Shown in pieces: positions 1-8,301 of a DNA stretch of 31,288 nucleotides (positions are counted from its first letter, which is position 1; the number at the start of each line of letters is the position of its first letter). Made by a program: the position numbers and the translations under genes. The notes under the pieces are model-generated. The model saw only the letters and a program-made list of their open reading frames with translations, was not told the origin of the DNA and did not search any database. This DNA comes from a virus (lineage: Duplodnaviria > Caudoviricetes), in IMG/VR virus record IMGVR_UViG_3300038393_000083, positions 1 to 31,288 of that record. One strand, given 5' to 3'.

Positions 1-1378
1 GCCCTACTTTTGTTAAACTTGCAATAACATTATTAAATTTCTCTCCACCCGGTCCGGATAGATATGTTTCTATCGCAGTCGTAGCTTTATCCATAACAGT
101 CGTCATCTTTTCGTCCCAACCAAGACTCTGAAACTTTTCGTCTGCTTGCAGTTGATCGAAGAAAACGGTTATGCTATCGGACACTCCCGTTGCCTTATCC
201 GCCATTTCTTTTAACATTGGCAAGAACGGTTTAACTGCGCTTATTTCAAGCGACTCAATCGATCCTTTGAATTGATCTAACGCACCTTTAACGTTATCTC
301 GCATGGTGTCTGCCATTTGCTTCGCTGATCCGTTGGCTTTCTCCATTTTATCGGTCATATCACGAAGTTTATCTCCGCCACCTTCGATTAACTTTGCCCA
401 AGCAGGAGACGCTTCTACTCCGAAGATGTTTGATATTGCGCCAATCCTAGCGCTATTGGATAAACCTTTCATCTTATCGTGTAATTTATCCAACATATCA
501 GCCATCGGCAAAAAGTTATTGTTTTTATCCGTAAGTTTAACACCTAGCGCTGCTAGTGTTTCCCTTGCTGCTTTCGGAAGTTTTGCCATCCGCTCAAATC
601 CCATACGTAGAGACGTACCGGCGGTGTCGGCCTTGATTCCATTCTTAGCTAATAAAGCACTCGCTGCAGCCATTGTTTCTAGCGATTGGCTTGCTTCAGA
701 AGCGATCGGTGCTACATACTTAAACGTGTAACCTAAGTCCATGATTGAAGCTTGAGATTCGTTAGCAGCCTTCGCTAGTACATCACCAATACGAGACATA
801 TCGCTCGCCTTTAGATTAAATCCGCTCATGGTCGTCGTCATAATCTCCGCAACTTGACCGAAGTCCTCCCCGGCTGCGACTGCGGTGTTAATCGCTCCAG
901 GCATTGCATCTAGTATTTCGTTAGACTTTAAACCGGCTGCAGCCATAAAGTACATGCCTTCTGCCACTTGTTTTGACGTTAACGATGTATTTTTACCAAG
1001 ATCAATCGCTTGTTTTTCTAACGCTTTAAACTCATCCGGAGTAGCTTCAGCAACGGCTTTAACTTTCGACATCGCTGCTTCGAAAGTGATTGCAGAATCT
1101 AACGCATGTGCCATACCAGCACCTACTCCGACAACCGCAGCGCCTAACGATAAATGTCCAACTGTTAGATCGGTTACTTTACGATTAAATCCTCCGGCCA
1201 TTCTGTTAAATTTATTCTGTTCGTTGTTTAAGCGTCCTTGAGCAGTTCTTAAATTATCCGTTGACCTCGTAGCAGCGTTTATACTATTTTGCATATCTCT
1301 TACCGCTCTTGTTGCATTACGCATAGGAGCGGACAATTTATCGACTAATCGTATCGTAGCTTTTAAATCGAATGCCAA
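1..1378 (-). CDS. Tail tape measure protein (TP901-type core), N-terminal part; runs off the left edge
   Basis: Not in the ORF track. TTG start at 1378 after AAAGGGGG; reads MAFDLKATIRLVDKLSAPMR...FEAAMSKVKAVAEATPDEFKALEKQAIDLGKNT...FKYVAPIA...GIKADTAGTSLR; lies directly after the tail chaperone. Confidence 0.93.
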   Translation of the reverse strand, partial: MAFDLKATIRLVDKLSAPMRNATRAVRDMQNSINAATRSTDNLRTAQGRLNNEQNKFNRMAGGFNRKVTDLTVGHLSLGAAVVGVGAGMAHALDSAITFEAAMSKVKAVAEATPDEFKALEKQAIDLGKNTSLTSKQVAEGMYFMAAAGLKSNEILDAMPGAINTAVAAGEDFGQVAEIMTTTMSGFNLKASDMSRIGDVLAKAANESQASIMDLGYTFKYVAPIASEASQSLETMAAASALLAKNGIKADTAGTSLRMGFERMAKLPKAARETLAALGVKLTDKNNNFLPMADMLDKLHDKMKGLSNSARIGAISNIFGVEASPAWAKLIEGGGDKLRDMTDKMEKANGSAKQMADTMRDNVKGALDQFKGSIESLEISAVKPFLPMLKEMADKATGVSDSITVFFDQLQADEKFQSLGWDEKMTTVMDKATTAIETYLSGPGGEKFNNVIASLTKVG

Positions 1379-1564
1379 TTACTTTCGCCCCCTTTCCATG
1401 CGTTTACGTTCTTTCTCTTCGTCTTCTAACACGAGTAACATGGAGGCATAGGCGAATCGTTTCGCCCCTTCGTCCCAATTGTAGACCTCATGCGGAGGAA
1501 TGTGATGGCGCTGGAATATAGCGTGTAATAACCACGCCTCTCCACCGCTTTTTATGAGTTTGGG
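1379..1564 (-). CDS. -1 frameshift extension of the tail assembly chaperone (gpGT-like)
   Basis: The -1 frame after CCCAAAC is open: KLIKSGGEAWLLHAIFQRHHIPPHEVYNWDEGAKRFAYASMLLVLEDEEKERKRMERGRK*. Its stop abuts the tape measure start. Confidence 0.8.
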   Translation of the reverse strand, partial: PKLIKSGGEAWLLHAIFQRHHIPPHEVYNWDEGAKRFAYASMLLVLEDEEKERKRMERGRK

Positions 1565-1929
1565 AGTTCGTCCTCATCTCCAAATCCGGAAAGCTCCATA
1601 ATTTCAGCGGATAACTTAGCAATTTCACCGGCCAATAGAAGACTTTGAATCGCTGTGCTAGAATCTCCGTACTTGTCTAGCAATTCCTTTGCGTTCCATT
1701 TCGGTACTATACAACCTTTTTCAATAACTAAAGCTCCGAATAACTCTTCGTCTAACTGCTTTCCTTTTTTCGTTGTAAACGTAGCTTGTTCGCGAATCTT
1801 CGTTATTTCTTTACCGCCAATACCTTGTAATTCGAAGTCTACTCCGAATCTTTTCATCGGTACTGTCTTCGTAGGCTTGCTGTCTCCAACGGATAGCAGA
1901 GCTTTTAATACGTCATCTTGTTTTGCCAT
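1552..1929 (-). CDS. Tail assembly chaperone (XkdN-like)
   Basis: Start reassigned to MAKQDD (ATG at 1929, purine-rich RBS). C-terminal LLAGEIAKLSAEIMELSGF is XkdN-like; lies between tube and tape measure. Confidence 0.85.
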   Translation of the reverse strand: MAKQDDVLKALLSVGDSKPTKTVPMKRFGVDFELQGIGGKEITKIREQATFTTKKGKQLDEELFGALVIEKGCIVPKWNAKELLDKYGDSSTAIQSLLLAGEIAKLSAEIMELSGFGDEDELPNS

Positions 1930-1987
1930 TGTTTCGCTTCCCTTCGATTGTCTATCCCGAACGCTTGCGCATTGCATTCGGGAAAAT

Positions 1988-2010
1988 TAAAAAGGCGGAT
2001 CGCTCCGCCA
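1988..2010 (-). terminator. Intrinsic terminator after the tail tube gene
   Basis: GGCGGA-4 nt-TCCGCC stem followed by a T run on the minus strand. Confidence 0.7.
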
Positions 2011-2442
2011 TTAAATTACGTCCAAATACTCAAAGCCTTCGAAAGTAAAAGGTAATTCTTCTTCCACGATGCTTCCAACCTCAAACTTAACGATGTCGAT
2101 CTTATCGAAGCTAACCGCCTTCAGACGGACACGAAGCGTACCATCGCTCTCAGGGTCGGCAATTTTACCGATTAATTCGGTTACATAAGGAATGCCACTA
2201 TCGCTCGCTACAGAACCGATTGCTTCCGCAAGCTCAGTAGTAATTTTATATCCGCTAAGTGTTCCGGTTCCTTTTAATCCGGTAACTTTATGCTTGGCCC
2301 AACGAGTACCAGCCACTTTGAGTTCTTCCTTCTGAATATCAACGGTAGCTTCGAAGTTACGAACGTTGGTAAGCCAGTTACCGTTTGCGTCGAACACTTG
2401 GCCGAATGTACCATTCAATACTTTAGTGGAATCTAAAGACAT
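2011..2442 (-). CDS. Tail tube protein (XkdM-like)
   Basis: VLNGTFGQVF, HKVTGLKGTGTL and EEELPFTFEGFE motifs; follows the sheath gene. Confidence 0.92.
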   Translation of the reverse strand: MSLDSTKVLNGTFGQVFDANGNWLTNVRNFEATVDIQKEELKVAGTRWAKHKVTGLKGTGTLSGYKITTELAEAIGSVASDSGIPYVTELIGKIADPESDGTLRVRLKAVSFDKIDIVKFEVGSIVEEELPFTFEGFEYLDVI

Positions 2443-2459
2443 TCTTTATCACCCCTTTA

Positions 2460-3539
2460 TTAACTAACTGTTACAGTCAGTAGGATTTTCTCCATGCTAT
2501 CGATTTCACGATAAGCAATCGCTAAATAACAAGTATCACCAACACTTGCGTAGTTAGGATCGAGTCCAACGCTGATGTCTGTAAGTACGTTGTTAATTTC
2601 AAGACGCTCCAAATAAGCCTTAACCGCAGCGATAAGACTCTTCTGGCCATCTTCGTTATTGTCGAGCTTTCCAATGTAGCTATCGGAAGCTGTCTTCGTA
2701 ACGTCAGTAGATACCGCCTGACGAGCGCGGATAGCACGGATCTTCTTACCGCTAGTAGTAATTGCTTGCTCAATTTTGCATTTATCGCCATCATTAACGA
2801 TAACAAGCGACCCTTTAGACAGCGACGTTTTGATCTGTGCATTAGTCATACGCTTAGTTACATCCGATATAGGCTGAACATCGTATGTTAAACTCTTGTC
2901 AATCGCACAACCGGCAATTCGACCAGCGATGAAACTTGCGTATTGATGGGATGTGTAGTTAACTCCGTTGATAACTTCGCCAACTATTAAGTTAACGCTG
3001 TAGTCGTCCGCTAAACGAAGTGATCTTGCGTCACCAGTCGCAGGAGTTTGGTCGTCAGTGCTTGCCGTAGCAGGCACAGCGCCGAATACAGCCATGAAGT
3101 GTTTACCGTCAGCCTTATTCGTTTTGCACCAAGTAAGAATATTATCCTGCTCGGTAGCAGTTAAATTTACGTCGCTTCCGTCAACAACAAACACGTTGAA
3201 CGGATAAGCATCGAAAGCAGAGCGCATATCAATCATGTCTTGCGCATAAGTACCGGAAGCATACGCAGGCATCGTATAAACAAGTACCTCTTTGGCTCCA
3301 CCTTGTAACGCAAATTTAATCGATTGTATGTTAGCAGCTCCGAATAGGTCAGACGCTTGCTTTTCGTTTTCTACGGTATAAAATGTCTTTGCTGTTGCTG
3401 TTCCGCCACTGTAAACGGCTAACGGAATGGCTACAGTACCGCGAGCGCCACCAGTAATCTGCGCAATCGCAGCGTTCTGGAAGTTAATATATAAACCTGG
3501 GCGTGTCGGTAAAGACGTTGGATCCCAAGAACCCCCCAT
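2460..3539 (-). CDS. Contractile tail sheath protein (XkdK-like)
   Basis: N-terminal GGSW...RPGLYINF and C-terminal YIGKLDNNEDGQ...IDSMEKI motifs typical of Firmicutes myovirus sheaths. Confidence 0.92.
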   Translation of the reverse strand: MGGSWDPTSLPTRPGLYINFQNAAIAQITGGARGTVAIPLAVYSGGTATAKTFYTVENEKQASDLFGAANIQSIKFALQGGAKEVLVYTMPAYASGTYAQDMIDMRSAFDAYPFNVFVVDGSDVNLTATEQDNILTWCKTNKADGKHFMAVFGAVPATASTDDQTPATGDARSLRLADDYSVNLIVGEVINGVNYTSHQYASFIAGRIAGCAIDKSLTYDVQPISDVTKRMTNAQIKTSLSKGSLVIVNDGDKCKIEQAITTSGKKIRAIRARQAVSTDVTKTASDSYIGKLDNNEDGQKSLIAAVKAYLERLEINNVLTDISVGLDPNYASVGDTCYLAIAYREIDSMEKILLTVTVS

Positions 3540-3552
3540 TTATTTCACTCCT

Positions 3553-4002
3553 TTATATCGTTTCTGTACGTCCGTAGACGTGCATAATCTTGTCAAACGT
3601 CGCTTGATCTCGTGCTTCGCGGACTTGCGTCTGCAATACGCCAAGACAAGCATCGACTCCACCTTCCGTCTTGAAAGGTTGGGAAAAATTAAAACCCTCA
3701 ACGCGGATATAGCGAAGAGAGCCAGTTATAGGAATTACTATTTGTCCGTTCATTACCTTACGGCTGAAATCGTCCATCTTAGTTAACACATCAGCCGAAT
3801 CGCTACCGAAGTAAACGACTTGGTAATCACGCTCAACAAGCATGGAATACAACGTATCAGTACTGCGCCTATCGTTAAGAACTCGAACGACGAACGTATT
3901 AGGCTTCGGTTCAGTAGGTACGTTTTGCTTCACGACATTTACCGTTGGGTACAGCGATTTGACAAACGCTCCTACCGAGTTAATTTCGTTTACAATCGAC
4001 AC
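3553..4002 (-). CDS. Putative tail terminator/completion protein
   Basis: 149 aa, immediately upstream of the sheath; assigned by synteny. Confidence 0.6.
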   Translation of the reverse strand: MSIVNEINSVGAFVKSLYPTVNVVKQNVPTEPKPNTFVVRVLNDRRSTDTLYSMLVERDYQVVYFGSDSADVLTKMDDFSRKVMNGQIVIPITGSLRYIRVEGFNFSQPFKTEGGVDACLGVLQTQVREARDQATFDKIMHVYGRTETI

Positions 4003-4003
4003 A

Positions 4004-4456
4004 CTACCACCCCTTTTCCCTTAACGCTTTTTCGATTTCTTTCTCGATGTGCTGTTTCCATTTATCCTCATTTTGCTTCGCAGGCTTATCGAGATATTGC
4101 GGTATCGTACCAGGAGTCGTAGGATTCTTGAACGACTCTCCGTGCTTTTTCGGATAAACTTCATGCAGATAATACGCATAGTTAAAGCGCTGGCCCGCCC
4201 ATTTACCTTTTTTAGCGACCTCAATAGCTGCTGCAGAAATCTCGCCTGTCAAATCGATTCCACTGCCTTTTATATCGGTACTCATACTGCGACGTAACGT
4301 ACCTTTATCTAACGGAGCGACATCTCGTGACTTAATAAGCCACTCATCCATTACATCGTGAAGTCCACGTTTAGCGCCATCTCCAACGATTTGACTAGCT
4401 TCCTCTATCGCATTCAAAAATCTCGATAAATCAATACTAATCTCAATGTCTGCCAT
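4004..4456 (-). CDS. HK97 gp10-like neck/tail completion protein
   Basis: APLDKGTLRRS and NYAYYLHE motifs; position in the neck module. Confidence 0.8.
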   Translation of the reverse strand: MADIEISIDLSRFLNAIEEASQIVGDGAKRGLHDVMDEWLIKSRDVAPLDKGTLRRSMSTDIKGSGIDLTGEISAAAIEVAKKGKWAGQRFNYAYYLHEVYPKKHGESFKNPTTPGTIPQYLDKPAKQNEDKWKQHIEKEIEKALREKGW

Positions 4457-4457
4457 A

Positions 4458-4805
4458 CTACACCTCCACGACGGTCAGGATCGGCTTACCGTTTAGCCCG
4501 CGTTTTACACTAATGTTAAGTGGCTTGTAGGTATGAGTCGTTCCATTTTCGTCAGTAAATGTAATAATGTCGTCATATGAAATCGGCGCAAGTTTATCGA
4601 AATAAATCTGAACACGACTTACGGCCTCGCGTGTAATAACTCCGTTCACGTTTCCGCTAGATGTGTTACCGATCGTTAGCTTCGTATGTTCCTGCACACG
4701 GCACGGTAGATCGAAAGGTTGTGCCGGTAACGGCTTTCCCCAATCGTCAGTACCTGCGCTTGCAGGCGTGATAGTAACGGTTTGTCTCAATGGAACAATA
4801 GCCAC
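4458..4805 (-). CDS. Putative head closure (stopper) protein
   Basis: DDWGKP motif, ~115 aa beta-rich sequence, synteny. Confidence 0.65.
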   Translation of the reverse strand: MAIVPLRQTVTITPASAGTDDWGKPLPAQPFDLPCRVQEHTKLTIGNTSSGNVNGVITREAVSRVQIYFDKLAPISYDDIITFTDENGTTHTYKPLNISVKRGLNGKPILTVVEV

Positions 4806-4806
4806 G

Positions 4807-5217
4807 TTACATCACCGTCCATTTCAAACGGGAACCGATCTTTGGTAACGTCGAATTTGCAGGATCAGCGGTAATGATTTGATAAGCGTATTTAGGGACA
4901 AAACGAAGCAAATCGTTATTATTAGCAAGCGACGTAACTGACGCTTCTTTAAAGTTAAAACTAGCAACACCTTGGATAGTAACCGAAGTAACTCCCTGCT
5001 GCTGCATCTTATTCGTATCGTTAAATACGGTAGCGAGTACCGCGCAGAACTCATATACCGCATTGTCCGGAATTGTATATAGAGGAAAGGCGTTCTGCAG
5101 AGTACGCAAGGCCACATTCACTATTCGCTCTTTTTTGGCTGGATCTGTATCCGTCCAATCGTCTATATCAATTACGTTCTGCGATATATAATCGTCAGCA
5201 TCCCAATAAGTTGCCAT
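4807..5217 (-). CDS. Putative head-tail adaptor
   Basis: ADDYISQN start and QQQGVTSVTIQG segment resembling adaptors; synteny after the major capsid gene. Confidence 0.65.
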   Translation of the reverse strand: MATYWDADDYISQNVIDIDDWTDTDPAKKERIVNVALRTLQNAFPLYTIPDNAVYEFCAVLATVFNDTNKMQQQGVTSVTIQGVASFNFKEASVTSLANNNDLLRFVPKYAYQIITADPANSTLPKIGSRLKWTVM

Positions 5218-5233
5218 GCGTTACACCTCCGTT

Positions 5234-5440
5234 TTATTTCTCGGAGGTTTTAGCTGGCGCTTTTGCGGGCTTTTCCTCCGCTTTCTTTACAGGCTCATCT
5301 ACTCGTTCGACATCGGACATTGCGGATAATACTTCGATCTCTGCTTTGTCTTCGGTGGAGTATTGTCCAGCGAAAAATTGCTTTAAATCTCCGTTAACAT
5401 AAAACCCGAACCTGTCGTAACGGCTTTTAAACTTTGCCAT
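5234..5440 (-). CDS. Small hypothetical virion-module protein
   Basis: Start reassigned to MAKFKSRY (ATG 5440, GGAGGT RBS); Lys/Pro/Ala-rich tail. Confidence 0.7.
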   Translation of the reverse strand: MAKFKSRYDRFGFYVNGDLKQFFAGQYSTEDKAEIEVLSAMSDVERVDEPVKKAEEKPAKAPAKTSEK

Positions 5441-5453
5441 ACGGTACCTCCGT

Positions 5454-5486
5454 AAAATAAAAGCCCGCAAGCGAGAACCTGCGGGC
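5454..5486 (-). terminator. Intrinsic terminator after the major capsid gene
   Basis: GCCCGCA/TGCGGGC stem plus TTTTATTTT on the minus strand. Confidence 0.8.
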
Positions 5487-5498
5487 GATTAGTTAATA

Positions 5499-6587
5499 TT
5501 AAGACAATCCTTTTAAGCGACCATGAGCTTTTTCTTGCTTGAACTCAAGTGTGTACTCACCAACCAAAATACCAGTAGTGTAGTCACCTTGATCTCCCAT
5601 GAATTTATGGAAGAAATCACGACCTTGAAGCGGACGGATAGCAGCGCGGTTAGCGTCGATAAGAAGTAATTCGTCTGCGTTCAAGTTGTTGTTCAACACG
5701 ATTTCGAACTCACCAAATTCTGATACGAAGTGGTCAACTTTAACACCACGGCTGTTTTCAGCTTGAGTAATATAAAGCTTGTTGTTATCGAATGCAGAGA
5801 TCGCACGCTTTTGCTTTGCGCCTACAACGATTTTGTAATCTCCGCCGGAAGCGAATCCGCCTGCTTCGTATATAGACTGAGCAAGGTCGTTGATGTTAGA
5901 TGCCGCAAGTGCAGCGTTAACAGCATTAACGTTCGTAGCAATCCAGTTACGGATACCTTTCATTTGGCGAATCTGCCCGCTGGTATATCCAACGCCGCCC
6001 AAAACGGCCTTCTCCAATTGTAGGGCTAGTTCTAATAATTTTTTCTGCTTTTCGTACTCATATAAGTCAGAGATTCCGTATTGAGTAACGGCTTCTGCGC
6101 TTCCGCTGATTTGGATCGCATCATCGAAGATTTGTGTGTTGTTGGACTTTGAAACGCGAGATTTGTAACGAGCAGTTCTAGCGTCAGCACCTTCGCTTCC
6201 TTCTACGAACATTACTTCGATCTTAGCTTGGTCAGCAATTGCCGCAGCAGTAGTTCCTCCGTATGCACGAGTAACAGTTAGAGTGTTACTAGATACCGCA
6301 GTAACAAGCATTAATTCGTCGGCAACCTTAACAACGTGACCAGCACGGAAAGGAGTTCCGTCAACAACAGGGATCGAAGTAGCTGCGTTAGTTTGAGCGC
6401 CAGATACTTTTGATTCATCGTTATAAAGCTCATCTTCATACCATTGATGGCTAGTCTGCGTTACAGCCTGCCCAAATCCAAGTAAGGAAATCATTGGAGT
6501 GGTATGTGGATTAAGAAGAAGCACCTCGTCGACAACGCTGAGCTTCTTGCCAATAAGCGAAGCATCATAAATAGGATTTTTAGCCAT
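5499..6587 (-). CDS. Major capsid protein (DUF5309/SU10-like) with an inserted beta-rich domain
   Basis: TPMISLLG, NNTQIF, ISGS, RQMKGI and GEYTLE motifs; follows the scaffold gene and precedes a terminator. Confidence 0.9.
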   Translation of the reverse strand: MAKNPIYDASLIGKKLSVVDEVLLLNPHTTPMISLLGFGQAVTQTSHQWYEDELYNDESKVSGAQTNAATSIPVVDGTPFRAGHVVKVADELMLVTAVSSNTLTVTRAYGGTTAAAIADQAKIEVMFVEGSEGADARTARYKSRVSKSNNTQIFDDAIQISGSAEAVTQYGISDLYEYEKQKKLLELALQLEKAVLGGVGYTSGQIRQMKGIRNWIATNVNAVNAALAASNINDLAQSIYEAGGFASGGDYKIVVGAKQKRAISAFDNNKLYITQAENSRGVKVDHFVSEFGEFEIVLNNNLNADELLLIDANRAAIRPLQGRDFFHKFMGDQGDYTTGILVGEYTLEFKQEKAHGRLKGLS

Positions 6588-6651
6588 TTTAAATAGTCCC
6601 CCTAATAGTTAATTGAAATTAAAAAGACGCCCGATATTCGGTGCGCCAAGT

Positions 6652-7365
6652 TTAGTAACCTAATTCACGTTTTAATGCTGCATAAGCAGCCCTATCATCC
6701 ATTCGTCCAGTACGTTTCGCCTTTTCTGCCGCTTCTTTCAGAAGTTGTTCAGCAGTCTTAGCGGTACTATCCGGAGTCGGATTCGATGAGCCTCCGATTG
6801 TCTTCGGCTCTTTCTTAACTTGCTCTGCCAAATATGGCTTTGCTTGTATTAACGCATCCACTACGCCTTTAACCCCTTCGACGGCGCCGTCATCGTCAAC
6901 TTGGACGGAGGATAAATCTGCGAGTTTGAATGCGTCTTCTAATGCGTCCGCTCTAATCCCAAGTTCTTTTGCAACAAGCTTGAACTCGGATTTGATGAGA
7001 CGCGCATTAGCTTTAGACAAATTGTCAATTGCTGTTTTTTCTGCTTCTTCTTTTTCCAATTTCAAGCGGTCGATTTCATTCATTTCAGCTTTTTTTCGGT
7101 CTTGTTCTGCTTTTTCAAATTGCGATAACTTACTCTTTAAATCATCGTAGTCAGAATATTTTTTCTGAACTCGATCAACTCGTTTTTGAATCAGCATATC
7201 AAGTTCGTCTTGCGTCATTTCGACCTTTTTAACACCAGGCTGTTTATCTTCTTTTTCCGGCTTATTGTCGTCAGGTTTAGCTCCGTCATCAGGAGTATTG
7301 TCTGGCGTAATATCGGGCTCGCCGCCGTCTGCGAAATGTTGAAGATTCATTTTAAACGTGTTCAT
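6652..7365 (-). CDS. Capsid scaffolding protein
   Basis: MNLQHFAD N-terminus, acidic linker, TQDELD, coiled coil, KPYL motif. Confidence 0.9.
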   Translation of the reverse strand: MNTFKMNLQHFADGGEPDITPDNTPDDGAKPDDNKPEKEDKQPGVKKVEMTQDELDMLIQKRVDRVQKKYSDYDDLKSKLSQFEKAEQDRKKAEMNEIDRLKLEKEEAEKTAIDNLSKANARLIKSEFKLVAKELGIRADALEDAFKLADLSSVQVDDDGAVEGVKGVVDALIQAKPYLAEQVKKEPKTIGGSSNPTPDSTAKTAEQLLKEAAEKAKRTGRMDDRAAYAALKRELGY

Positions 7366-7455
7366 TTATACCTCATCCGTTTTAAGGCCGTCGCCTATTA
7401 GTTAATCATCCGAAAGTTTAACGCCATTTCGTAAGGCAAGATAAAAAGAAACCGA

Positions 7456-8301
7456 TTACTCGATTCCGTTAGGTAGTCTCGTAGGACTGATTACATGTTT
7501 GCAATTTGGATGAAAAATACCACGGCCGGATTTAACCTCGTCAAGCGTAGGGTAATCTCCAGGTGCGTCAAGTGTTAATTTAACGATTTTGCCCTCCCAT
7601 ATACGGCAAGCTTCGTGCTTTGAATAGTTAATGCTAATTCTGCCGTATAGAGCATCACGGGCAATTGCTTCGTTAATGGTGGAATCCAAATGAGCGGTCA
7701 TCATCTTTGTTCTAACCGCCATATCAACATAAACTTCTGGCTTCCATCTGCGACCTGCAGCATCAATAATGCCGGTTTCTACCGCTGATCCTAATTGCTG
7801 GCGTAAACCAGTAAGTATATCGCTAGAAATCGTCCGCCTGCCGTTAATACCCTTCGCCATATTCGCCCGCATACTATCTGCGGTAACTTGTCGCACAGTA
7901 GCACGGACTTTACGGCTGACGTTTTGTGTTACGGCGAGCAAATCCGATTGTGTGTCGGCAATTACCGCTTTTACTAACTCACGGTTAAGCTTGTTAAAAC
8001 TAGCGATACTAACCGCTTCTTCTACAGTCTTGGCGACTCCAAGCGAATATAGCGTATTTGCAACGCCATCTTTTACCGCTGTTGGGATATGCTCGTTAAT
8101 CCAACTGGAGGACGTTTTATCGAGTTCTTTAAGAATCTCTGCGATAACAAGTAATGCAGCCTGTGCGTTTGCATACGATAAACTACCTATATCCAAGCGC
8201 TCTAACTCTCGCAAAATGTCCTGCATAGCTTGCTTGTACGCTGTTACTAGCTTTTCGATACTGTTATCATAGTTAGGCTTCGGAAATTGGCGGTCAGCCA
8301 T
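7456..8301 (-). CDS. Minor capsid / head morphogenesis protein
   Basis: IDAAGRRW, ACRIWEGKIV and FHPNCKH motifs; follows the portal gene. Confidence 0.88.
   Translation of the reverse strand: MADRQFPKPNYDNSIEKLVTAYKQAMQDILRELERLDIGSLSYANAQAALLVIAEILKELDKTSSSWINEHIPTAVKDGVANTLYSLGVAKTVEEAVSIASFNKLNRELVKAVIADTQSDLLAVTQNVSRKVRATVRQVTADSMRANMAKGINGRRTISSDILTGLRQQLGSAVETGIIDAAGRRWKPEVYVDMAVRTKMMTAHLDSTINEAIARDALYGRISINYSKHEACRIWEGKIVKLTLDAPGDYPTLDEVKSGRGIFHPNCKHVISPTRLPNGIE

Noticed and set aside
303-1241. Plus-strand ORFs 303-731 and 885-1241
   Set aside because: Antisense shadows of the tape measure gene; no RBS or recognisable motifs.
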